Notes: generated from the letters alone by a model not told the origin. DNA of 64,000 nt from Eledone cirrhosa (GCA_964016885.1 OZ024742.1:88598001-88662000), one strand, 5' to 3'. Positions 26,010-36,882 are shown, counted from the stretch's first letter. Numbers and translations are program-made.

Positions 26010-26717
26010 TTGAGCAGCCATATTGCGAACTGCGCAGGAATGACACTACCCAACTTTAAAATCTTCCCCTTCTACAAGTGCTCAGATTCGTTCACACAAC
26101 AACAAAGAATAAACAAAGAAAATCTATTCCTTAACAAATTTAAACCAAAACTAAACGGGTTATCACCCCAATAGAATTGTCATAAAATATAAACACACAT
26201 ACGCACGGAATCACTACTATTAAAGACCAGAGACCAATTCTGTAGAATCAGGTTTATTCATTGACAGACCATGCCTTTGTGTGACCAACACATCCATGTT
26301 AAGCCCTGCACGTGCACACACGTATGTCTATATATATATGCGCACACAGAATTATTTTAATTTCACTGCCCCAACTTCTTATATTATGGAAAAAATATAT
26401 GTGTCTGTATGTATATATATATATTTGAAGGCCATTTCTCTGTGTGTGGGTGTATGTATGTTTGTGTGTGTGTGTGTGAGTATGTGTGTGCATGTGGATG
26501 TATGTATTGTGTGTGCGTGTGTGTGTGTGTGTGTGTATGTACGTGGGTATCTGGATGTATGCGTATGTGTATATATATATATATATGCATGTGTGTGTGT
26601 GTGTGTGTGTATATATATGTGTGTGTATGTGTGTGTATATATATGTGTGTGTGTGTGTGTGTATGTTTGTATGTGTGTATGTATATATATATATGTGTGT
26701 GTGTATGTATGTGTGGG

Positions 26718-26762
<45 letters not shown>

Positions 26763-26767
26763 GTGTG

Positions 26768-26800
<33 letters not shown>

Positions 26801-26839
26801 ATGTATGTGTGTATCTGGATGTATGTGTATGTATATATA

Positions 26840-26894
<55 letters not shown>

Positions 26895-26963
26895 ATGTGT
26901 ATATATATGTGTGTGTGTGTGTATGTGTGTATGTATATGTATGTGTGTGTGTATGTATGTGTG

Positions 26964-27004
<41 letters not shown>

Positions 27005-27432
27005 GTATGTGTATGTATGTGTGGATGAAGGTATGTGTGTGTATATTGCTTCCACCCCCTCACTGACCAGCAGCTGGCTATTGCTAAATCTGACCTTTAT
27101 AAAATAACCCACACCCCAAATAACTTCTCATTCACTACCAGAAAGGGACACAGCAGTCAACCTGTTGTTGCTACCTAGATGAAAACTGCTATGAAATCCC
27201 ACAATGAATTTTATACTTGAATTTTCAAGTCTCAAATTTTAACTCTTCGTATTATTAATTTTTCTTAATATTAATCAACATTTGAAAAGATGGCTTTTGC
27301 AGACCCATCGAAACCGGTCATTTTTTATACCCTTTATTATTTCCTTACCTTATAAAATTATGTTTTTTCACAAAAAAGTATTCTGTCTCTTATATATTCC
27401 ATGTGCCATTACCAACCTCAATTTTCTCTATA
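26010..27432 (+). repeat. 5' pseudo-LTR (3' end of the endonuclease coding sequence plus 3' UTR with a GT/AT microsatellite mosaic)
   Basis: Matches 30841-32269; starts TTGAGCAGCCATATTGCG within the GIY-YIG coding end. Confidence 0.93.
27277..27324 (+). ncRNA. Variant hammerhead ribozyme (U3-A8 core) in the 5' pseudo-LTR
   Basis: TTGAAAA-GATGG..CCATC-GAAA-CCG-GTC: stem II GATGG/CCATC, palindromic stem III ACCGGT, GUC triplet; stem I (AACAT/ATTTT) is weak. Confidence 0.55.
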
Positions 27433-27493
27433 ACCTTCGTTTTGTGTAGAAAATTACACTTTTCATATATACTAACCTACGCAAATCCGGAAA

Positions 27494-28759
27494 ATGGCAC
27501 TGGAACAAGACAACACCACTTCAAACTCCAATATCAATGAGGAAATCCTGAAAATCCTAAAAGAGATAAATGGAAAACTCACCATTCTGACAAAAAAACA
27601 GGATATACCCCAAACCACCACACCGACTGACAACCAAATTTATTTAAACGTTCAAAACGTATGCAACTCCATCGAAAAACTTATGAATACCAACACAGAA
27701 CAAACGACATTGCTCCATATCAAAAACCAAATGGGACACCTCTGGAAAAAACATCTAAAAACCAGAAAATTCACTTTCTGGAATATGATAAAAAACCTCA
27801 ACAAAGCTGGAATTTACCAAAAATGGATTAACTCAACACCGATAGTTTTACCACGTAAATTCCAAATAAAGCATATTACAAACGAACCTGAACCAGAAAG
27901 AAAACTCCGTGAACAAATGTCACTCAACAGGATAAACATGGAAATAGAACTCCTAAAATTAAGGGCCACCTCAAACGAGCAAGAGTATAAGGATACTGAT
28001 AAAAATATGGAGGAAGAATGCACTAAAAAGGCCGAGGGAACAACCCTACAAAATTTAATCAAATCGTGGAAACAGGACTGCGAGAATGCAGAAACTATTT
28101 CCCTTAAACGGTGGGAAAAATCCGAAAACTGGTTCCTCAAATATGAAGAAGACTTTAAAAGGACGCACCAAACAGGTAACCCCTTTATAAAGCATTTGAA
28201 CATAACAAGAACTACAACAGACACATTTACACCACCAAACCCAACACACACTAACCACAGGCACATCCCCCACCAACACAAACCAAATACGGCCAACTAC
28301 ACCAAAAGAAACACACCCAACCACCACAACACAGGTTTCCGTAGAAATGCCCCCTACATAAACCAACGACGAAATAACATAGATCCAACTCACAACACAC
28401 ACACCACATTCCTCAGAAGAAATCCACCCAGGCCACTTGAAATCACAACAGAACTTACCCACAACCACACCAGACATCACCCTCAATCCAACAAAAGACA
28501 ACCCCCCAGCCTCAACACTCTGTACCACAGAAATAACGCACCCAGACCACATGAACCAACAACAGAACCCTTGCTCATCAACAACCACAACACATACCAC
28601 CCCCACCATCACATTCACCCTCATGAAACAACAAGCTACAGACCCACACGCAACAGACCAACAAAATATAATCACACACAAAACTACATTCCTTTTTTAG
28701 GGAAAAGCCTGAAATACCAGGATACTCGATGGCCCCCCCTCAGGAGAAACCAAAAATAA
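27494..28759 (+). CDS. PLE ORF1, 421 aa: helical/coiled-coil-like N-terminal half and His/Thr/Asn/Pro/Arg-rich low-complexity C-terminal half
   Basis: Long open frame starting 61 nt after the pseudo-LTR; heptad-like segments EEILKILKEINGKLTIL and LREQMSLNRINMEIELLKLR; overlaps ORF2. Confidence 0.8.
   Translation: MALEQDNTTSNSNINEEILKILKEINGKLTILTKKQDIPQTTTPTDNQIYLNVQNVCNSIEKLMNTNTEQTTLLHIKNQMGHLWKKHLKTRKFTFWNMIKNLNKAGIYQKWINSTPIVLPRKFQIKHITNEPEPERKLREQMSLNRINMEIELLKLRATSNEQEYKDTDKNMEEECTKKAEGTTLQNLIKSWKQDCENAETISLKRWEKSENWFLKYEEDFKRTHQTGNPFIKHLNITRTTTDTFTPPNPTHTNHRHIPHQHKPNTANYTKRNTPNHHNTGFRRNAPYINQRRNNIDPTHNTHTTFLRRNPPRPLEITTELTHNHTRHHPQSNKRQPPSLNTLYHRNNAPRPHEPTTEPLLINNHNTYHPHHHIHPHETTSYRPTRNRPTKYNHTQNYIPFLGKSLKYQDTRWPPLRRNQK
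28693..28744 (+). promoter_or_regulatory. Candidate -1 programmed ribosomal frameshift signal (U UUU UUA plus a downstream stem)
   Basis: CCT TTT TTA GGG in the ORF1 frame; the -1 frame is open from 28672 into ORF2; CCTG-AAATAC-CAGG begins 8 nt downstream. Confidence 0.6.
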
Positions 28760-31005
28760 TCAACCTCTCAAAGACACCTCTAACCAACACACAAATCAAC
28801 ATTTTAAGTAAGGGCCTGAAATTTACACCTACACCACGTAAACCAAACTTCCCCGAAATGAAGGATGACATCATGGAATACTGCCGAAAGCTGCGACTAA
28901 CGGAATTCTTCCACAACGACACCAACACTGAAGACGAATCACTGGTTAGAAATAAAAGCAATTTCTGCCCACAAAAGGGAAGAAATAAAGCACTGGACAC
29001 GTACTGCGAACACATCACCAACTTTCCCTATGAAACAATTACAAATAAACACACGAAATCAAACCTATCTACACACGAATGGGAAGAATTATTCACACTT
29101 AGAAACAACCCTGAGATAACTATCAAAGAAGCCGATAAAGGCAGTACTGTTGTGATTATGAATACGGACTACTATAGGACCCTCGCACTTAACATTTTAG
29201 AAAACAACACATACTATGAAAAAACAGAAAACTACAAACACACCAAAACAATGGGGAACCTTTTGACCTTACTGAATAAATACCGCAACAGCTTAACCAC
29301 AAAAGAGTTTAACTATATAAGCCACTTCAAATGCAATACAAGCTCTTTTTACGGCTTACCGAAACTTCACAAATGTAAACCCATAAACGATGCATGTGAC
29401 ACCTCAACCAACAATTACATTGAACTAACACCACCAGAAGACCTAAAACTCAGGCCAATTATAGCAGGCCCTACATGTGAAACCCACAGACTTAGCAACT
29501 TTCTGGACATCCTACTGAAACCCTTTCTACAACATATACAGAGCTACATACGAGATGACCTTGACATGCTGAAACACCTCCCTAAAACAGTAAGTGCAAA
29601 TACAATTCTTGTCTCCTTTGACGTAATAAACCTCTACACAAACATACCTCACAACTATGGAATAACAGCAGTCCAATACTGGCTTAACACACACCCATCA
29701 GAAATACCGACACGCATCAACACAGATTTTATCACTGACGGACTCCGCTTTATCCTACAAAATAACTACTTCACATTCAATGGTTCAACATACAGACAAG
29801 TATCAGGTACGGCAATGGGCACGAAAGTAGCACCCACATATGCCAACCTAGTCATGGGATTCCATGAACAACAAATATACAGTCAGTCCCTTCTCTTATT
29901 TGGAGACTCTTTCCACACACACCTCAAAGCCAATTGGAAAAGATATCTAGACGACTGCTTTATCCTATGGCAAGAAGACATGAACTCACTTACTACGTTT
30001 AAAAACATGATAAACAACATAGATAATAACATACAATTCACAATGGAATCCAATCCTAAGGAATTAGCCTTCTTGGATATTCTCATCTCTGTAATAGACG
30101 GGAAATTAGATACAGATATATTCTATAAACCCACAGATTCCAAGCAATACCTCTTTTTCACATCAAGTCACCCAAAACATACAAAACTTAACATTCCTTA
30201 CAATTTGGCCAAACGTATATGTACCATAGTATCAGATCCACCTAAACGGGAGCAAAGACTAAAGGAACTAAAAGACACCCTTATCTTAAGAGCCTTTCCA
30301 CTTGAAATAATCAACAATGGAATAGACAGGGCAAAACACCTAAATCCCCATCAACTTAACAATCCAAAACAGAAAACCACACTCAACACCCTGCCATATG
30401 TATCCACTTTCAACCCCAGAAATACCGAAATGTTTGATCACCTACACAAAAACCTCCCCATCCTACTTAAAGATGTAAAAATGAAGTCTATTCTTGAAAC
30501 ACACAAGATCCTTAAAAGTAAAAGACAACCCAAATCACTTAAACGCATTCTCACTGGACCAAATATACCCAAACCAATCCTCAACCCTACAGTTACCAAA
30601 TGTGGTAGAACAAACTGTGGAACGTGCCTCTACCTCACTGAAGGACAAACATTTACATTCAAAGATGGCCAAACATTTACAGTAAAAAACAATTTCACCT
30701 GCAACTCGGAGAACTTGATTTACGCAATAACTTGCGGTGGGTGCAAACACAACTACATAGGACAGACGGGCACCTCATTACGCAAAAGAATGACCATCCA
30801 CCGCCAACAAATCCGGGACGCTAACACAAGAAAAATCCCCTTGAGCAGCCATATTGCGAACTGCGCAGGAATGACACTACCCAACTTTAAAATCTTCCCC
30901 TTCTACAAGTGCTCAGATTCGTTCACACAACAACAAAGAATAAACAAAGAAAATCTATTCCTTAACAAATTTAAACCAAAACTAAACGGGTTATCACCCC
31001 AATAG
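28729..31005 (+). CDS. PLE ORF2, 758 aa: reverse transcriptase, Cys-rich linker and GIY-YIG endonuclease
   Basis: IINLS..LSKGLKFTPTP, KEADKGSTVV, FYGLPKLHK, LRPII, SFDVINLYTNI, GTAMGT, WKRYLDD, FLD, YKPTD, CGRTNCGTC, NLIYAITCGGCKHNYIGQT..LRKRMTIH, KPKLN. Confidence 0.95.
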   Translation: MAPPQEKPKIINLSKTPLTNTQINILSKGLKFTPTPRKPNFPEMKDDIMEYCRKLRLTEFFHNDTNTEDESLVRNKSNFCPQKGRNKALDTYCEHITNFPYETITNKHTKSNLSTHEWEELFTLRNNPEITIKEADKGSTVVIMNTDYYRTLALNILENNTYYEKTENYKHTKTMGNLLTLLNKYRNSLTTKEFNYISHFKCNTSSFYGLPKLHKCKPINDACDTSTNNYIELTPPEDLKLRPIIAGPTCETHRLSNFLDILLKPFLQHIQSYIRDDLDMLKHLPKTVSANTILVSFDVINLYTNIPHNYGITAVQYWLNTHPSEIPTRINTDFITDGLRFILQNNYFTFNGSTYRQVSGTAMGTKVAPTYANLVMGFHEQQIYSQSLLLFGDSFHTHLKANWKRYLDDCFILWQEDMNSLTTFKNMINNIDNNIQFTMESNPKELAFLDILISVIDGKLDTDIFYKPTDSKQYLFFTSSHPKHTKLNIPYNLAKRICTIVSDPPKREQRLKELKDTLILRAFPLEIINNGIDRAKHLNPHQLNNPKQKTTLNTLPYVSTFNPRNTEMFDHLHKNLPILLKDVKMKSILETHKILKSKRQPKSLKRILTGPNIPKPILNPTVTKCGRTNCGTCLYLTEGQTFTFKDGQTFTVKNNFTCNSENLIYAITCGGCKHNYIGQTGTSLRKRMTIHRQQIRDANTRKIPLSSHIANCAGMTLPNFKIFPFYKCSDSFTQQQRINKENLFLNKFKPKLNGLSPQ

Positions 31006-31549
31006 AATTGTCATAAAATATAAACACACATACGCACGGAATCACTACTATTAAAGACCAGAGACCAATTCTGTAGAATCAGGTTTATTCATTGACAGAC
31101 CATGCCTTTGTGTGACCAACACATCCATGTTAAGCCCTGCACGTGCACACACGTATGTCTATATATATATGCGCACACAGAATTATTTTAATTTCACTGC
31201 CCCAACTTCTTATATTATGGAAAAAATATATGTGTCTGTATGTATATATATATATTTGAAGGCCATTTCTCTGTGTGTGGGTGTATGTATGTTTGTGTGT
31301 GTGTGTGTGAGTATGTGTGTGCATGTGGATGTATGTATTGTGTGTGCGTGTGTGTGTGTGTGTGTGTATGTACGTGGGTATCTGGATGTATGCGTATGTG
31401 TATATATATATATATATGCATGTGTGTGTGTGTGTGTGTGTATATATATGTGTGTGTATGTGTGTGTATATATATGTGTGTGTGTGTGTGTGTATGTTTG
31501 TATGTGTGTATGTATATATATATATGTGTGTGTGTATGTATGTGTGGGG

Positions 31550-31645
<96 letters not shown>

Positions 31646-31676
31646 GTGTATCTGGATGTATGTGTATGTATATATA

Positions 31677-31731
<55 letters not shown>

Positions 31732-31800
31732 ATGTGTATATATATGTGTGTGTGTGTGTATGTGTGTATGTATATGTATGTGTGTGTGTATGTATGTGTG

Positions 31801-31841
<41 letters not shown>

Positions 31842-32269
31842 GTATGTGTATGTATGTGTGGATGAAGGTATGTGTGTGTATATTGCTTCCACCCCCTCAC
31901 TGACCAGCAGCTGGCTATTGCTAAATCTGACCTTTATAAAATAACCCACACCCCAAATAACTTCTCATTCACTACCAGAAAGGGACACAGCAGTCAACCT
32001 GTTGTTGCTACCTAGATGAAAACTGCTATGAAATCCCACAATGAATTTTATACTTGAATTTTCAAGTCTCAAATTTTAACTCTTCGTATTATTAATTTTT
32101 CTTAATATTAATCAACATTTGAAAAGATGGCTTTTGCAGACCCATCGAAACCGGTCATTTTTTATACCCTTTATTATTTCCTTACCTTATAAAATTATGT
32201 TTTTTCACAAAAAAGTATTCTGTCTCTTATATATTCCATGTGCCATTACCAACCTCAATTTTCTCTATA
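30841..32269 (+). repeat. 3' pseudo-LTR
   Basis: Direct repeat of 26010-27432; net 6 bp longer, in the microsatellite part. Confidence 0.93.
32114..32161 (+). ncRNA. Variant hammerhead ribozyme (U3-A8 core) in the 3' pseudo-LTR
   Basis: Identical to 27277-27324. Confidence 0.55.
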
Positions 32270-33949
32270 TTTATATATATATATATAATTTTATATTCGT
32301 GTACAGATATTTGTGCATACACAAAAACAAAATATAAACAAACGTATTTATTTCACGAAAGCACAGACGGCTCATCATCATTGTTACTACCGATATGCCA
32401 CCCAAAAATTCCTAGCCTGGCCGCAAGATCAGATTTTCCAGAAGAAAAAATGTTACTAGAGCAACAGAGAGACAAAGCTTCGCGATTACCATCAACAAAG
32501 CTCAGTGTCAAACCCTAAGAGGGTCTGGCCTTGATCAGGGACAAACATAGTCAATTGTATGTAGGATGCTCTAGAGTGAGCTCGCCAAACAATCACTTCA
32601 TCCTTGCTCCCGAGGGCTGAACAAATATATATTGTACACTCTGTCTGAGGCTCTAACAATGTAATTTATGTATTTGCTGTTACTTGGAATTTCCATTATG
32701 GTTGTAAAAATCATTGTAAAGTTTGTTAACATATGTGTTCTCGGTTCAACCTTTATTGTTGTAACTATCAATTTTCTATAACGTACTGGCTGAGAAAGGA
32801 ATCCTACAATGAGATATCATCTTAAAGTTTACCCAAGCCAAATGTTGTATTTATTAACATTTCTATCTGTAGGCTTTTAACAAGCTTACCTGCGCTTTAG
32901 TATGGTATTCAATTCTCACATCGTTTTTGATTGATATGGTGCATATATCGCAGCTATTCATATGTTTTAAACATTAGATAACGATTGCTGAAGTATATTG
33001 TATGACGGAATTAGCTGAAAATATTTTGAATGAACAACTAAAAGAGATATAAAAGAGAGATGTTTGTTGGTTGGTTCCTTCGCGTATCACACGAAAAAAC
33101 AAAAAGGGATAATCGGAAAGTATGTACAGGATTGGGATAAGAGTATATCCAGGAAAGTTTATTGATACTAATGTTATAACACCAAAGAAGAAGAAAGACA
33201 TACCACGTATGCTAACCAACCAGACTGCTATTTCTAGCAGGTTGGGAATCAACCATGATGGATTCTCTCTGAGGGCTCGTTGTCAGTGATGATCGTGTTT
33301 TGCGGCCTATGTCTCCGATTCCAACGGTGATTTACACTCACGCACGCACACACACCCACCCCCACACACAATACACACGCATTTCTCGATTAGATCTTTA
33401 TAGTCTGGTTGCTCTGATATTTTTTTTGTTTATTTCAATTTTAGTTGGTTCGCCTTTAAGTTGAGATCCTTTTTCTTTTAATGAATGGATATATAATGAA
33501 CTGAAACACATTTGTCACTAATAATTTGTTTTAAATTTGATATATAGACAAAGAAAACACACACATATAGAATGTTAGCCAGAGACTTTTAGACACCAAC
33601 ACAAACAATGTGAAGATCATTCCACTAATATGATGATACATGAAAATATTAAAACAACATACACATATGTATGTCACACTTTTTCTATTCGTTTTTTTTT
33701 CCAATCTCTGTACTATTTTACTCTCCTGATGAAAGAATAAGGTCCGATACGTCGAACATTTTTCTCTCTTTCATCTAAAGCGTGAACCTAATAACTCTTA
33801 TTAAATGTGTAGCTCTGTGTTTGTCATTGTTTTAAATTACACACACAAACACACACACACATACACACACACACATATATATATAGGAAAAAGTATGACC
33901 CCGACGGCAGAGCTCAAGCCGTTTCGACGGCTATTTCTGGACTAAATTA

Positions 33950-36070
33950 GAATGTTTAGCCTGGTGAATAAATAGCCGAAATTTTCAAGGGGGTACTTCC
34001 TTATATGGGAAGATTGTAGTTGTCAAGAGGATTGGTTAACATTTGTTGTAAACACAAATAAGTCTATTATGGCATTTGGTGGGAGGTACGAGTGGCTGAA
34101 CTTACGTGTAGAACAATAGGGGAGTGAGTGGAGCGGTCAAGCGTTGAAAGTGATATGTATACAGCATAATCTAAGGATAGTGTATGAAGTGGAAGAGGGA
34201 GGTTATAGAATAGGTAAATCGAATGAGAGTAGGAGACAATAAAAGATAATAGAAACAAATAAAAAAAATATATAAAATTAGATAGTGAGAAATAAATTTA
34301 AAAATCACAATGTTATCTTACAATTACAGGTTAATAAGTTGAGAATAGAAAAACTTGTAGAAAAAACTTGTAGAACCAGAACTGATACAGGATTAAAGGG
34401 GTTTAACACGTCTGCTATAAGTAGTTAGTAAAAGGTATTAGGCAAATTCTATCTTAAAATTACAGGGGTGGCGGAACTGATGCTACATAGGCTCGATAAG
34501 CTGGATCGGGGTAGGTGAAGGGGGAAAAGCAGACGAGGAAAAAATAGGGGGTGGAAGGAAGTGATGGGATGAGACAGAGGGAAGAAGAAGACAAAGAGGA
34601 AAAGGAAAGTAAAGAGATACATCTACCTAAGTAAGCAGGGGTTTTCCCTAACTTATTCGGCAAGTGTTAGCCCTTGTCTACCAACCCTTAACCTCGAAAA
34701 TGATCTATACTCCCCATACCGGAAACCAAACGAGATTCTGCACTACATCCAACGCCGCTCTAACCATCCTAGAAACATCACCAATAACCTGGTTAAAAAC
34801 ATCTCTCTCCGCATATCTCGTTTGTCCGTTAATGAGCAGATATTCGACGAACACGCGCCTCATTACAACCAGGCCCTCAAGCGGGTGGCTTCCGGGAGGA
34901 TATATCCTAACTTCCCTTAGCGGATCTAGCAGGCGACACTGCCGCTCACGCAACGTAACGTGGTTCAATCCTCCCCATAACACCTTCTTTAGACTCCTCG
35001 AAAAGCACTTCCCACTACAACACCGCTACCACAACATAATCAACAAAAACACCATCAAACTCTCCTACAGCACCACACATAACTTCGCTCAAAACATCGT
35101 CTCCTCAAACAACAAAACATCAACCCTTATGGAAGAAATAACCTAGACATCAGTGGAGAGCCAACCAGGTGTAACTGCCCTGATAGATCTATGCTCCCCC
35201 TTAACAACAAATGCCGAGAACGTAACGTGATCTACCAGTGCAACGTGAGGATGGACACCTCCAACAAAGCTTATATAGGATTAAGCGCGTGAGTCTTCAA
35301 GACCCGGCTCTACCAACACCGAGATACTTTCTGAAGGCTGGTCCAGCGACATGCCACTACACTTTTGGGCCACATCTGGGACCTCCAAGATAATAATATA
35401 TACTACAATATCACTTGGAGCTTACTGTCCAAAGCTAACTCTTTCACGGGAGGACGCCATTCGTGTAACTTATGCTCGGAGGAAACATTACAAATGCTGT
35501 GTTCGAAGGACCAACTCCTAAACAAGAAAGAGGATCTGGTAACCGCATGCAAATACAGATTGCGTAGGACTTACCTCGCCCTCAAACCCCATAACGATTG
35601 GGTGGGTAGACAAGGGCTGATACACCCACTTGCCGAATAAGTTAGAGGAAACCCTAGCTCACTTAGGTAGAGGTATCTCTTTTCTTTTCCTCTTTGTCTT
35701 CTTCTTCCCCCTGCCTTATCCTATCATTTCCTTCCACCACCTATTTTCTTCCTCGTCTGCTTTTCCCCCTTCGCCTACCCCGATGCAGCCCATTGGGTCT
35801 CTGTAGCATCAGTTCCCCCACCCCTGTAAGTTTAAGATAGAATTGGCCTAATACGTTTTACCCAACTACTTATAGCAGACGTGTTAAACCCCTTTAATTC
35901 TGTATCAGTTCTGGTACTACAAGTTTTTTCTACAAGTTTTTTTTCTATTCTCAACTTACTAACCTGCAATTGTAAGATAGCATTGTGATTTTTTTTATTC
36001 ATTTCTCACTATCTAATTTTATATATTATTTTATTTCTTTCTATTATCTTTTATTGTCTCCTACATTCAT
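33950..36070 (+). mobile_element. Decayed, 5'-truncated Nematis-like PLE with inverted pseudo-LTR (34222-34666 vs 35627-36070)
   Basis: RNVTWFNPP, HFP..HRYH..INKNTIKLSYS, CNC..PL..C..VIYQC..YIG..FKTRLYQH, CNLCSEE..LNKKE..C; ~440 bp inverted repeat visible. Confidence 0.85.
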
Positions 36071-36547
36071 TTGCTATAGCAAACACAAACACTACAGGGA
36101 GCCTCACCCCAGAAAGAATTTCTATAGACTTCTGACTGAGGAATGCTCTCAAAACTGACCAATGGGAAGTTTGACATTGTTTTGTTATTTTGTTCCTTTA
36201 CCACCTTGTTCCTTCTACCACTTTATCAATGTGTTAAGCTAACTCCAACAATAACAACACTACCAACACAAGAAATGAGGTCAGATGTACCTAACAATAA
36301 CAAGAACAACAACTACAGATTGGCTTGCCTCAGAACGAACTTCTACAGACTTTTGAATGAGGAATGTTCTAACAACTGACCAATGAGAGAGAAGAGGCCC
36401 TTTAACACTGAAATTCGTTTGTTTGAATTCATATGATTCCAGTTCCTCAGTGAAGTAACAACCCAACCAGGAACTGGGCATATCAGAGTATTGACAAAAT
36501 GATACACGTCAACAACATATGTACTTGTCTCTACCACACTAACTCGG

Positions 36548-36602
36548 ACTGCCTGAAGAGGTCACAGCCAAAGATGGCTGTCACCGAAATATATATAGCA
36601 GT
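36548..36602 (+). ncRNA. Type I hammerhead ribozyme in a non-coding segment (~36075-36650)
   Basis: ACTGC CTGAAGA GGTCACAGCC AAAGAT GGCTGTCACC GAAA TATATATA GCAGT: stem I ACTGC/GCAGT, 10-position stem II with one mismatch, palindromic stem III, AUA triplet. Confidence 0.8.
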
Positions 36603-36647
36603 AATAAACGAAGCTAAATTTTAAACATTTGACTTTTTATTTTACTT

Positions 36648-36681
<34 letters not shown>

Positions 36682-36683
<2 letters not shown>

Positions 36684-36874
36684 TCACTGTTTGGTTGGTT
36701 TTCGCTTCTCGCTGTCTTTTATATCTGCGATCTAACTTAATCGGTCCTCATTGAGGACCGATTAAGTTAGATCGCAGATATAAAAGACAGCTAGAAGCGA
36801 AAACCAACCAAACAGTGAGTGTGTTCTGTTATTAATTCTGGCAATATTACACAAATATGACCCTCCCCACGTAT

Positions 36875-36882
<8 letters not shown>
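36682..36882. mobile_element. Miniature fold-back remnant of the Naiad-like pseudo-LTR terminus (69-bp palindromic arms, 36682-36820)
   Basis: Centre CCTCA-T-TGAGG; sequence matches 48860-49000; ends GACCCTCCCCACGTATAACAAT then (AT)n. Confidence 0.85.

Larger units (their letters stand above)
26010..32269 (+). mobile_element. Apparently intact Neptune-like Penelope-like element with direct pseudo-LTRs and two ORFs
   Basis: Direct repeats 26010-27432 and 30841-32269; uninterrupted ORF1 and RT-GIY-YIG ORF2; (TA)n on both flanks. Confidence 0.93.

Noticed and set aside
26010-32269. LTR retrotransposon or retrovirus (direct repeats plus frameshift site)
   Set aside because: No protease, RNase H or integrase, and no TG..CA ends; the repeat includes endonuclease coding sequence, which marks a PLE pseudo-LTR
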